From: Mesotaenium endlicherianum
Taxonomy: Eukaryota
Assembly (NCBI GenBank): GCA_009602735.1
Contig: WELA01001161.1
Coordinates: 265,151-323,108, forward strand
Direction of reading: 5' to 3'
Length of the DNA stretch: 57,958 nucleotides
The notes under the pieces are model-generated. The model was given only the letters and a program-made list of their open reading frames with translations, was not told the DNA's origin and searched no databases. Below are positions 23,098 through 34,698 of the stretch, piece by piece; within the stretch, counting starts at the first letter, position 1, and the number at the start of each line of letters is the position of its first letter. The translations under genes were made by a program, and so were the position numbers.

Positions 23098-24260
23098 TCC
23101 TACCAGTGTGACTGTCACGTCGACCCACCCACTCATCGACCTGTCTTCGGGCTCGACAGAGCCGCTATTGGTTGTCAAATGCCCGACTCTCCCTTACTAG
23201 GTCCTCCTATTCTGCTGACCACAATCCATCTAACTAAGCCTGTTGCGGCAAAAATCACTCAAAGCAAATAAAAAAAAATATAGAGTTCAGAGATAATCGT
23301 CTTCAAAGGTTTTCACTTTACTTTTTATAGTTCAAGCTTACAAATTCGGAAACCTAATCAACCTGTGCTGGTCTGACCAGGCCTCTAGCCCTTAACCACG
23401 CTTGCCAGTTCTTCACTGCAAGCTTGACTTTCTAAGTTCTTTACTGTGAGTTCTCCTTAACAAATTGCCTTTGCATAATAGCAATGAAAGCAACTGCTGA
23501 GGACTTAGATTCCAAGCTAGAAGTCACCATTTTAAAAGCTCTTGGCACGCTTGGGGGTTCGTCCTAGTTTCTTCTTGAGAATCTCCTAGCAGATTTTATC
23601 TACAAGTTCAAGTTTTGCCACAGATTTTGCCCAAGTTCTAACTTATTGTACGAATCTGGATGGCAAGAGCAAAAGAAATCTCAAAATGTCAACATGGCTT
23701 TTGTGGCTCCTTCTGGAGCCTGAAAACTCCTTTCTCATTTGCGCCTTTCCTTCTCCTTCTCCCTCTTTGTGAAAATGAAACGTGAGAATTAATGAAGAAC
23801 GAGTTCCGCTCGTGCTTTACTCACGCACATGCATGCACAAGTTCAATAAGAACTTAAGTCGAGCTTTAACTCGAGTAGCAGGCGCCCTTGCACTGCCTCG
23901 TTGGAGTTGCACGTGACTGCCTGGCTCCTAAGCTCGCGACTATGCTGGGTGGCCATCGAGCTGGTTCACGTCGCCGTGGCAGTCCTGCTTGTGGACCAGA
24001 TTTTGAGGTGGCCGTGCATCTCAACACTGCCTTACTTGGCACGTGCTTGCGTGGTTATTCTGACCTCGCTCTGGGCAGCATCACGGCGATTTTGGCTTGC
24101 ATTCCCCCGCCCATCCCAAGGTGTCGTGATTTGCTTGGCCTGTCTTTGTCACTTTGCACGTGTGGAAAGTAAGACTTCTTGTCCTGCGTTGACCTTGTCA
24201 GGTTGACCTGGCCTGGTCAATCCGTGGTCAACGCTCGCTGCGCCGTACTTTGGGCCGTAA
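23098..24260 (+). repeat. Unclassified interspersed repeat, copy C (its left part probably lies at ~15340-15439 and 22120-22152)
   Basis: Collinear similarity to copy A and inverted similarity to copy B (motifs listed under those features). Confidence 0.72.
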
Positions 24261-25294
24261 CTTCCTACTGCTTCCTACAAATGCAAAACCGTCATTTACA
24301 GACAGTCGCGACCCCGCTCCCGATGAAAGGATCGTATACAAATTTATTCTTCAGTCGTGTTTTCACAACACAATTTTCAGCAAATGACACCGTGAATCTC
24401 GACTCGAGATGTTTGGAGTCTATTAAAATAACTCGATTAAGCCAGGATTAAGCCATCTGGATCTATCACTCGAGGCTCATCTGGTGGCTCGATCTGGGCT
24501 CGATGCTTCGATGAGGCGCAAAATTGTCAACGACTGCTGACTAGAAAGTTCGTGATAGTGGGTCTCACCTGGTCTCACCGGGCCCAGATCAGGCCCGCAT
24601 TGAGTGTCTTGCCCAGTCCCGCGCTGCCTGCCCACTGCTGCACACTGCCGCGCACACAGCCAATTTCCCGAAAGTGTGGTCGCCGCCGAATCTCCTGGAA
24701 GCCCAACTCTTCGAAAAAGTACCAAGTAGGTGCAACCGGGTGCAACCATCACCAACTATAACTGCTGTCCCTAGCTGTCACATGCTGTCACACAATGATG
24801 GAGTAGCTCCACTTTGTGCCAGCTAGATCCCCCATGCCGTATTGTCTCCTCGTTGAGTCGTTGACACTGGAGTCTGGAGTCTAGACTGGTCTGGACAGCC
24901 CGTGCATGACTGCGACCTTGGTAGAAAGAAATTAACTTCGTAGACTGAGTGCTCGGAATCACCCCCCTTAGTGCACTAACAGTTGTTCTGTTAGTCGCCT
25001 ACATGACTTTTGTTATGCAATTCTATACCTGGTTGATCGAGGCGTCTGCATTTTAAAGCCAAATAGGTTCAGGACCGACTTTATGTGCGGAATTCATTAG
25101 TGTGGCACATTTGAACGCAGATGTTAAGGAGAGCCTTATATGATAGAGGAATGGAGTTGCAAATTTTAGGTTGTGTCTTCAAGTGAATTGTGTCTTCAGG
25201 TGAATTAGAAGATTCAAATAGCGTGGACGTTTAACAAAGCGTTGTAGCTAACAGAGAAGGCCAGGTCGATCATTCGTGTTTACAAGTATTTCTG

Positions 25295-28200
25295 ATGGCT
25301 GCAATAGTCCCAGCCGTTTATGCTACGGTTGCATTCATTACACTATTTTCTCTACAAAACGTCGCTTCCAACGATCATTCTCACATATCAGGTTCCACTA
25401 ACTTGCTTGACTCTTCTTTTTAACATCTATATATGTAGCTCACACATTATGTAAATAGTGGATGGTGCACGTTTTTTGAAATCGGATAAGTGAAGTCCTG
25501 CTAGTTGATGTGTAAGCCTTGAAAAGGTATTCAGTGTCAAGGACTGAGACACTTGTAGGATGAGCTGGATATACGGATCACCACTGTGTAAATATTGCAA
25601 CTTGACAGGTGTACGCTAGCATGAAACTTGTATGTTTCTAGACGGGCTTTCTTAATAGTGTAACTTCGAAAGGTGCCTGCAGCATAGCAATATATGACTG
25701 TATAGACTTGCAAGAGTAACATATATATTTTATTAAATTGACTAATGAAGAGACTACCGACTAAGACAGACTGACCCTGGCTGAAGCTTCATATGCTGAT
25801 TAATGCTAACGAATTGTCTGTTCTCAGAAGGCTCTATACCTGAAGTACCTCCAAGTAAAGCTGGTTAGAATACTGTGAAGGACTCTCAGGAGGACTGTGA
25901 CGAGCAGATGTCTTTTGGCGTCATTCAGGTTCTTTGGTCGCGACGCACGCTGCAGCTATTGAAATCAAGAGTTCCTTCACGGAACGGCTACCAGATGATC
26001 CTTTCTCAAGAAGACCCATTGAGCAGGCACTGGACAGGCCAACGTGGGCTGCAAACACCAAGTCTCTATCTTTATGGGACACAGATTCGCGAGGCACTGT
26101 GCAGCAGGCGAGGACCATGCCTACCTCTGGCAGGGATGACAGTCGTTCTGACAGGAGCTTGAGGGGCAGCGGACCTTCATCTTTTCCTTCTCTAAGCAAC
26201 TCCTTCCAAAGCTCCCTATCCCCTTATGGAAGTTCAACAGGAGTGTCCCGTTCGAGCTCTCGAAGGTCACAAGAGGCCTCCAGGGCTGGAACTCCTACAG
26301 GAAGCCCTCACATCAATCAGCGCACAGCGTCACCGAGCCCTCTGCCGAGCCTCACACCATCCTCTGAGACTCCTCCATGGGTGTCTAGCACAGGATTTGC
26401 AAATGTTGGCTCAAGCTTGCTGGAAGCGATTGACGACACCAAGTCGCCTACAGAAGGGACGTCATCTGTAAAAAATGAAACCCTGGTGTTAGCTTCAAAG
26501 CGCACTCTTCGGCCTGATGTGACGCTCGGCTTTAGCACATATACTGGTGGCTGGAACGTTTCCAATGTACACTACTGGACAGTAAGTGATCGCCTCTTTT
26601 TTGTCCTAGCATTCTAGAGTACTGCTGCATCTGAAGCTTAGGCCGTTCATACATGTCGGGAACGCAGTTGGGAGGCAACCATGCAGCATGTCACATGCTT
26701 ACCAGCTGCCAGCACTCTTCATGTCCCTTCCATAGTCTTCTTCAGGAGAGAGGTGATGCCTAGCCAGATGGAGTTTTGTGTTGTACTTGAGACAAACTCA
26801 GCAGGACATGGCGGCTTCATGCTTACAGCCAGCTGGAACCCACATCTGCAGCTTGTCATTGACATCATAATTGAAGCTTTCTGCACAGAGTACTGAGGAT
26901 GGAAGTATTGATGGGTTATGTTATTAGCTTTAGCCTTCTTCTATATACGGGCCTCCTAGAGGCAAGACCAAACTGCAATTCAGCGAAAAGGTCTTGAACA
27001 AACAGCCGTAGTCTGTGTCGGCTCGCCCCACGTCGCATTTGATAGATGTCGAAATCGGACGAGCTTTACTCTTCTCTTCTAGCTCATGCAGGGGCATGGC
27101 TGTCACATACTGATAGACGCAATAATTTCTTTCTTTGGCAATCTGCAGTCAGCAGGGTACTCTGGAGCTCCTGGTTTCATCATGGCAATCGTGTGGCTGG
27201 GAATGGGCCTGCTGTTCCTCCTTGTCCTGGCCGCGTCCTTCTGCTGCTGCCGCAAGTGCTTCAACCGCACTTTCTCCCTGCCCTGGCTCGGGCCATGGAT
27301 TCCCCTCACTCTACTCCTGGCATCTTCAGCTCTCCTCCTGTGAGTTCGGGCTTGTCTGGCCTCTTCATTACTCTCCCGTATGCCTCACTTTGATACCTTT
27401 GGATGCTTCCTCAAAGTTTTGACAGACTTGCGGCGTACATGTCGTTGTTTGCACATTTTTTATTCGTCGTCTGCTGCCCTTGAATGAGGTCACAGCTGCA
27501 GGCTGGCTAGTCTGCTGCTTGTTGATAAATTCAAGGGCGAATGCCGTTAAGCACATGTGACAAGTGTTGTTATACCAGGTTGGTCCATTCAATCAAGGGA
27601 TGTGAGGAATCCTGAAAGCCGTTTTGTTCCATGTATAGAGCTGTAGCAGATGGCAAACGGGAGATGCTAATATGTGTGATAAAGGGCACTGGGGGCGTAA
27701 GAAATGCGTGGAGGTCTGTAGCTGCTGTGAAGCTGTCACTTTTTATATAAAACTCCTTCAAGCCTTTGGATTTTGGTACACAACCAACGAACCAGTGTTC
27801 ACTCGCTCAAATTTCTGGCAGGAGCAAACCCCCCCGGAGAAGGTCAAATGGATGCATGTGCAGAGTCCTGCTGTCGTCTTTGTGCAATCTGTATACGTCA
27901 GCATCCCCCCCTGGACCTCCACATAGCCCACTAGTACAGCGTTGTGTATGTCCCACCTGAGGTGTGTGCGCCATTTATTGCACATAATAGAAACTCCCAT
28001 ATGCTAAAGGTGGCAGTTTGGCCAGCACCGTCAGATGGCACCATGGCTGGCTGTTGCCAGAGTGCCTTTCAACAACGGCCGGGGTCTGTGTGTTTACCAG
28101 GGGTGCGGCGGTGGGCCGCTATCGACGTGGCAGACCGTCTGGCTGTCTCTCTAAAGCATGCAGACAATGTACAATTTTTTCTGTGCAGAGCCGGGTGTAT

Positions 28201-31200
28201 CTTTCTGTACACGGCCAACGTGAAGCTTGATTCCCAGCTGGATGCATCGATCAAGATCGTGGAGGGGCAGTCGAGCTCTGTCGGTGAGGCCCTTGCCAAT
28301 CTGCTCCTGACTAGAGTCTAGGAGGTGTAAGTCATGTACACACAGCACTTCATCCTGCAAGAACTATGCCTTCGGTGCCCTATCAAAAATGCCCCTGATG
28401 TGCCCACTGGTCCGCCCCTCTTGAAAAGATCCAGAGCCTTCAATGAGGCGAGGTAGTCAGGATGAATCTTGAGAGTTATATTGAACAAACTTTGATTCAT
28501 ACCGACAAGGTTAACAAAGACAAGGCTGTCAGGTTGCTATTTTGGGGGATAATTTAAAACAGAATAATTAGCATGCCCTGCAGGGCTGTTGCAGCTGCCA
28601 ACTTCCGCAGCACCTGGTCGGCCGCAGGCAAACCGTGGGCTATCTCAGATTCCGCAATGATGATCAATTCCAAGTGCAAGCAGATGCTGTTGGCTAGATC
28701 CTAGCTGTGATACAGATGAGCTGCGCCCCCCTGTGCTGACAGGGCAGGCACATTGCCACCTGTCCGGTGTGGTGCTGCTCCCGCCTGGGGAGCTGATGGA
28801 GTGTGCACGCTCCCACCTGCCCGCTCGTGCGCAGTTCTTCCACTGGGAAGCTGACAGAGCAGGAACGCTGCCACCTGTCCACTTGGCTGCCTCACGCGTG
28901 GCAGTGATGGAGATGCAAAAGGCGGCCGTGTTCTTCGAGCAGGTGACAAACATGTCGGTGGCGGGCGGGCACCTGAAGAAGAACCAGATCACATCCATCC
29001 AGAACAACGCTGACCGGCTCTCCAAGGCCGGCTTTACCCTGGACCGCCACGTGGACACCAACGCAGCCGCCGTGCGCAGAGTCATCAGAGCTCTGTAAGC
29101 CCCTCTCTCTCTCGGGCCTCGGCGTCGCCCTCGCCAGTGGTAGGGGCAGAATCGTTTCTTCACTTTGCCCAGTACGCATGCATAAACATATTTGAGGTCT
29201 TTTTTTTTTTTTCTCCCAAACTAGCTCTCACATGTTGCATATATATAAAGAGGACTCTGCATGCTACACTTGACGCACTGCACATATTTTAGACACGGAG
29301 ATTCACTCCGCAAGCGCTTCTTTTCTGATTAATGCCTTGATGCTGGCACTACCCGTCCACAAGTTTACTTCAATACGCTCTTCATAGTTGCAGACAGTCT
29401 TCCACCGGGGTCCAACAAGGCCTGGAGAATCATGATTCATCAGCTTGTCCTCTGCGTCCCTGCTTGACGTGATTGCATTGACTTGCTCTAGAGCGTTAGC
29501 TGTGAGCATCAAAAAATGGCGCTGGTTCAATGCCTCATATTATCAGATTTTCTTGCCAAGCTTCACCTGCCATCTGGTGCTGCAAATGATCTGCCCAAGT
29601 AGCAGCCTGCAGGTTATTCAATATTGTATGGAGCGCTTGGTTGCAGGAAGCGGACATGCAAGGGGGGGGGAGGGGGGGGGAAAGATCTGCCAGAGGGACA
29701 ACCCTTGCTGTCACTCTTGAAGGCCTTGCCATGCTGACAGACATGTGGCAGTTTGCTAGCTCCGAGCCTCTAGTGAGCTCTGAGATCTGACGTGTCCCTT
29801 GTTAGGGCGTATGGGAACTGTGAGGCTTGAGCAGACGTGTGACCACAACCGTCATCGCGACGGCGGCTCTGTTTCTCGTCGTCGTTGGCGCAGGTGCGTG
29901 TGTCGCTCCTGCACCTCTGTTGCTACAGCCCGTGAAGTATCACAATTGCAATGCTTGCTTGTTCCAGAGTCTGCACTCCTCATGACAGGACCCGCTTGGG
30001 CCCCATGCTGTGAGCCTGTCCTTGGTGTGCTGCTGCCAGGAGCGCATGTTCTGGAAAGGGTGTGTTTGGTGGGATAGTATATACGTCACACATGAACCTG
30101 TCTCTTTCTTGTCCTCTGGATCTATTACTCAGTCGCCAGTTGCTTCAGACTCACGGCGACACGTGGCGGTTGGACCCTCTTTTTTCTTCCCTGCCCAGTA
30201 ACATCTCCAGACTGCAGCAGGTGGGGCCAAGCCTAGGGCCTCGTTGGCACCTGCAGGCTGCACCTGCCTACGTCTGCCTGGATAGGTCTGTTGGTACACG
30301 AGCAGCCCCAACTGACTGGCACCTCAACTGAGTGATTGATCTGTGCGTGGGTGCGCAGTCCTCATGCTCATGGGCTTCTCCCGCATCGTCTACTGGTGAG
30401 AATGCTGCACAGCCTTTGACTTGAGAAGAAACCACAATGGGCCAGCCATCGAGAGATGGGCACGAGTAACTTCGGTGCAGCTCCTACGAGTGCCGGTGGA
30501 ACGAATGAGGCTGGCTTGCATGCTCGGCGGAAAAGGCCGAGTGCACGCAGGAGACTGCCTCTCAGAGAGACTCAAAACACGTGCATGTGCGGAGGCTTGG
30601 GCAGAGCTGGATGGTGGAGGTCTTGCGCGCGGCCTGCATCTGCCCAGCAGCGTAGCCCTCGGGCCCCGCACATACGCTCAAAGCCAGGGATCGCCACTTC
30701 TGACCGGAAGCAGGAGCTGCAAGGGCTACTGGTGCTGTGTTAGGCTTTTGGGAGTCAGAGTGCGGGATGCTCCTTCTGCGCAGTGCAAACTTCTGTCCTG
30801 TACAAAATCGCAGCTGAATCTACCCCCCCCTTCTTGCCGGGGTCTTTCTGCTGATGGAGCTCCCGTGCTCAAAAGTACTAGAGATAGAGGCCACCCATTC
30901 CTGCTCCCTCGCTGCGTGACCCCTGGGTTTCACTCCGGTGTGTGTGTTTTGACTTGTGCAGGCTGGCAATGATGGGCTGGCTTCTGGTGGTGGCCATCTG
31001 GATTTTGTGTGGGATCTCCCTCCTGCTCCAGGGGTAAGCCTCCCTGCGAAGTGTTGCCTTTCTCTGCGGATACATTTGCGCAAGTCACACGCATCGGGGG
31101 TTGTGCCTACTCAAAATGCTTCCTCCAAAACCCCAGGTGCCAGGTGGCTGCTGGTGCTGGAGCTCAGACTGCTGCCAGCTGCTGGACTTAAATAACAAGG

Positions 31201-32860
31201 AGAAGCACATCGGCTGCTCTGCCAAAGACGTACATGCTCTTTGTAGCAGTTCCGCCCTCTGACCTCGCTTACGGCTCAGGGCTTTTGGGTTCGGGTAGAA
31301 GACTGAGAATTGAGGGCTTTACTTTCAAAGCTCAGAGTTCAGGGTGTCGAGTCCCTCCCCAAGGTGCATCCACCTCACCATGCGACAGTAGCTTCCTCCT
31401 CCAGCGCGTTGAGCACTTCCACTTGGGCTTGTCGTGACATAGATGCTGCACATGCATGCCTGACGCCCGCACCCCGCTGCTATGCCCCCACCGTGTGCGA
31501 TGCTTCTCGACGCGCGTCGCGCAGGGTGGTGGGCGACGCGTGCGTGGCGATGCAGCAGTACTCGGCCCAGCCAGGCGCGCGCACCTCGCTGGACGACATC
31601 CTGCCGTGCGTCAGCCCCTCGGCCGCGCAGAACACCGTCGTGCGCAGCCGCCGCATCGCCAATGCAATCGTGGACCTTGTCAACGACGGGCTGGGCAGCC
31701 TCAACGAGCTGCCGCTGGGCACGCCGCACATGCCGCTGCTCTGCCGGCCCTACGGGGGCCCCCCCAAGTACCGCGGCCAGAAGTGCCCCGACGAGCAAGT
31801 TAACCTCACGCGTGCGCCAGAGGTGAGATCCCAGCTCTCTGCTCTGCTCCGCACTGCTGTTGCCTCCTGTCCCAATGAGGAAACGTGGTGAAGTACACTT
31901 GGGATGCACTCCCTCCCTCTCTCCGTCCCTCCCTCCCTCCCTCCCTTTCTCCACTCCTTCCCGCCATCTTCCACACCGCACCCCCCACCCCCCCCTGCCT
32001 CTCCCCCTNNNNNNNNNNNNNNNNNNNNNNNNNNNNNNNNNNNNNNNNNNNNNNNNNNNNNNNNNNNNNNNNNNNNNNNNNNNNNNNNNNNNNNNNNNNN
32101 NNNNNNNNNNNNNNNNNNNNNNNNNNNNNNNNNNNNNNNNNNNNNNNNNNNNNNNNNNNNNNNNCCCATCCCCACCCCCACCCACCACCATCTGCTCAAC
32201 TCTCTTCTGTGGTGCGCCTGGGCCCTGCAGGCGTGGGCGGAGCACGTGTGCAAGACGGACGGGGACGGGCTCTGCGAAGACCTGGCGCGGCTCACGCCCA
32301 GCGTGTACGCCGACCTCCTCGACTCCGTGCGCCTCACGCGCGGCATCACGCGCTACGGCGTCTTCTTCTCCAAGCTGCAGTCGTGCGAGTTTGTGCGCGC
32401 GGCGTTCGACCGCCTGGGCGCCGAGCGGTGCCGCCCGCTGCAGCGCCAGAGCCGTGCGATCTGGACGGCCCTCGCGCTCGTTGCGGTCGCCTCCACGGCC
32501 TCGATCCTCCTCTGGCTCGTCATTGCCGCAAGCAAGCCGCACTGGCGCAAGAGCGGCGCCCTCGACGACGTCCCGCCGCTGCTGCGCCCCCTGTACGATG
32601 CCTCCTCTCCGCCGCAGCACCACGGAGTGCCAGCTGGCGATGAGCGCGGCGCCATGCCGGGGGCCATGCAGGGTGCCACGTTCTCCTCTAGAGCTGCATA
32701 TCTCCAGCCCCAGGGCCAAGCTGCCGGGGGCCTTGAGCCTTCCCTCGCAGACGCTACGTACCTTGACCATTCAAGTCAAGCTGCTGCCGGCGCCTTTCAG
32801 AGTTCCACGCCCTTTGGGCCCACGAAGCCCTTGAAGTCCACCTGGCAGTCAGGAGGGTAA
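25295..32860 (+). CDS. Signal peptide plus 5-TM membrane protein of the plant AT2G12400/AT1G71110-like family; exons 25295-25391 (tentative), 25929-26581, 27149-27339, 28189-28283, 28905-29094, 29835-29893, 30359-30395, 30962-31033, 31525-31822, 32231-32860
   Basis: Family motifs LVLASKRTLRPD...YTGGWNVSNVHYW/SAGYSGAPGF, VGDACVAM...TSLDDILPCV, LQSCEFVRAAF...C; five hydrophobic segments; phase-compatible GT-AG introns. The first exon has a weak donor and one intron contains an N gap. Confidence 0.82.
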
Positions 32861-34698
32861 GGAGCCATGTGCACATTCATACATATGGGGCTTTGCCTGT
32901 AACGTTTTTGGGTCATGTATGATTCTTTTTGTTCTAGTTTAGATCCTTCATTGGAGAAGCACACCCAGGTCACTCTGTTGCGGGACTCGGGAGCTCACAC
33001 ACGGTTTTAAACCGCATTGATGTAGCATAACAATCACTACCCTACCTTGATTTAGCCTATTATTGGTCACGTATATATTGTAGATTCTAGCCTACACTCT
33101 CTCAGTGTTGCTCAGTGTTGCAAGTATATATTGAAGGTGAAGCAGGGCCTAGCGTAGGAGTCACTACTGATGTAGATTAGCACGCTAAAGGTGAGACCAA
33201 TTGTTGAGACCATGTGAGCCCAGTGGGGGGCAGGTGATATCAAGAGATGTATGGTGTGATGCGTGAGACCTCATCATGCAAGGTGATCATCAGAGCTTAC
33301 AACATTTGGTAGAAAGGTCAGGGAATAAGAAGTCAATAGTTGATACATTGTTGGGATGTTTAATAAGTTGGTACGGTAAGAGGTGCTCGCCGGCTGAAAA
33401 GATACTGTGTCGTCTGAGGCCTTGGACATATAACATGTATTCTTTCTCCTCAGTCAGCTGCATTTTGGATGTTCATATAGCTCGCAACCTATGTCCTCAA
33501 TTACTTCTGCCCTACATTAAGCTACAAGTCAATGGCAAGAGGGTTGCTTGCAGATTAAGTTCAGTGGACGCTCGACTCTGGTAGTTGTTTATGTACTAGG
33601 AATATGGTACATGCAACCTGTTATTTGCGCCTGTTTTTAGCGGCCATTTCGTGTTGCGTTTCTACAGTGCCGTAGTACCTTGAAGGAAAAGTTGTTCTTG
33701 TGGCCTTCTTAGCCGGGCTCCTTGGAGCACTGAGCTTGTAGGTCGCCCTCCACTTCAATGTACTAGATTTGACCCCCGTCTGCCCCTGACTTTATACAGT
33801 TCCTCGTCATAGATTCTTGCAGCAGCTACCAGCCTCCTCCTTTTTCTTCTCGATCCTTGGCGAATGTTAAGTACCATACCGACAAAAATTTCCTCCAATA
33901 AGCGGTTAAAACGATTTTGACATGACCAGCTCACACTCTGCACTACTTCGCACTTTTAGTATTAGCAACGGTCTTTGCATGTGAGCTCCTCATGCATGCT
34001 GGACAGAAAAGGCTTCTTTCAATAGGCACTGCCAAGAAGAGGCCAAGATAGGCCAAGAGGGCCATATTGGGCTACATCTGGGCTATATAGTTCAATAATG
34101 ATACGGGAGCGTGCAGAATTGTCGTTTCAACTGGTTTCAACTGGTTTTCAACGTACCAGAGGCCTCCGGATATTCATGCTCGATTATGTCGTATGATGTC
34201 GTACGTGGCTCAGGAGCCAGCCTAGAGCTGGCCTGAAGTGGCCTGGAGCAGCCTGGAGCGTTCAAATCAATTTCAGCTCGGAGCTGGTCAAGAAATGTCA
34301 TCTGCATGCTTGAAATTAATAGAGCACATCGGTACACATTTCGAGGTCGCACGAAGCTACACGAATTCATATGCATGTTAGAACCATATTGAACCTCGGC
34401 TTTGAGAACGATGGATAAGCACTCCATCGACTGTGCTCAGGAGTATTGTAGTGCCTCGGAATCATCAAACCTTGCATGTATGTAACCAGAAGCTGACAAA
34501 GAGTCGTATGAGGTTTGCCGACTTCCCGGGAACTCGCGGTATCTTCTTTTATCCTTATCGTTGTCATAGTTGGAAACAAACCGTGTAAGGGCACATCAAT
34601 GATGGTCCTGTAAAAAGCTTGATTCAGAGCTACTTTATGTGTGTTAAATTTCAATAGATCAAGGCTCCAATAAGTCACAAGGTCACCTTCGTCTAAGG

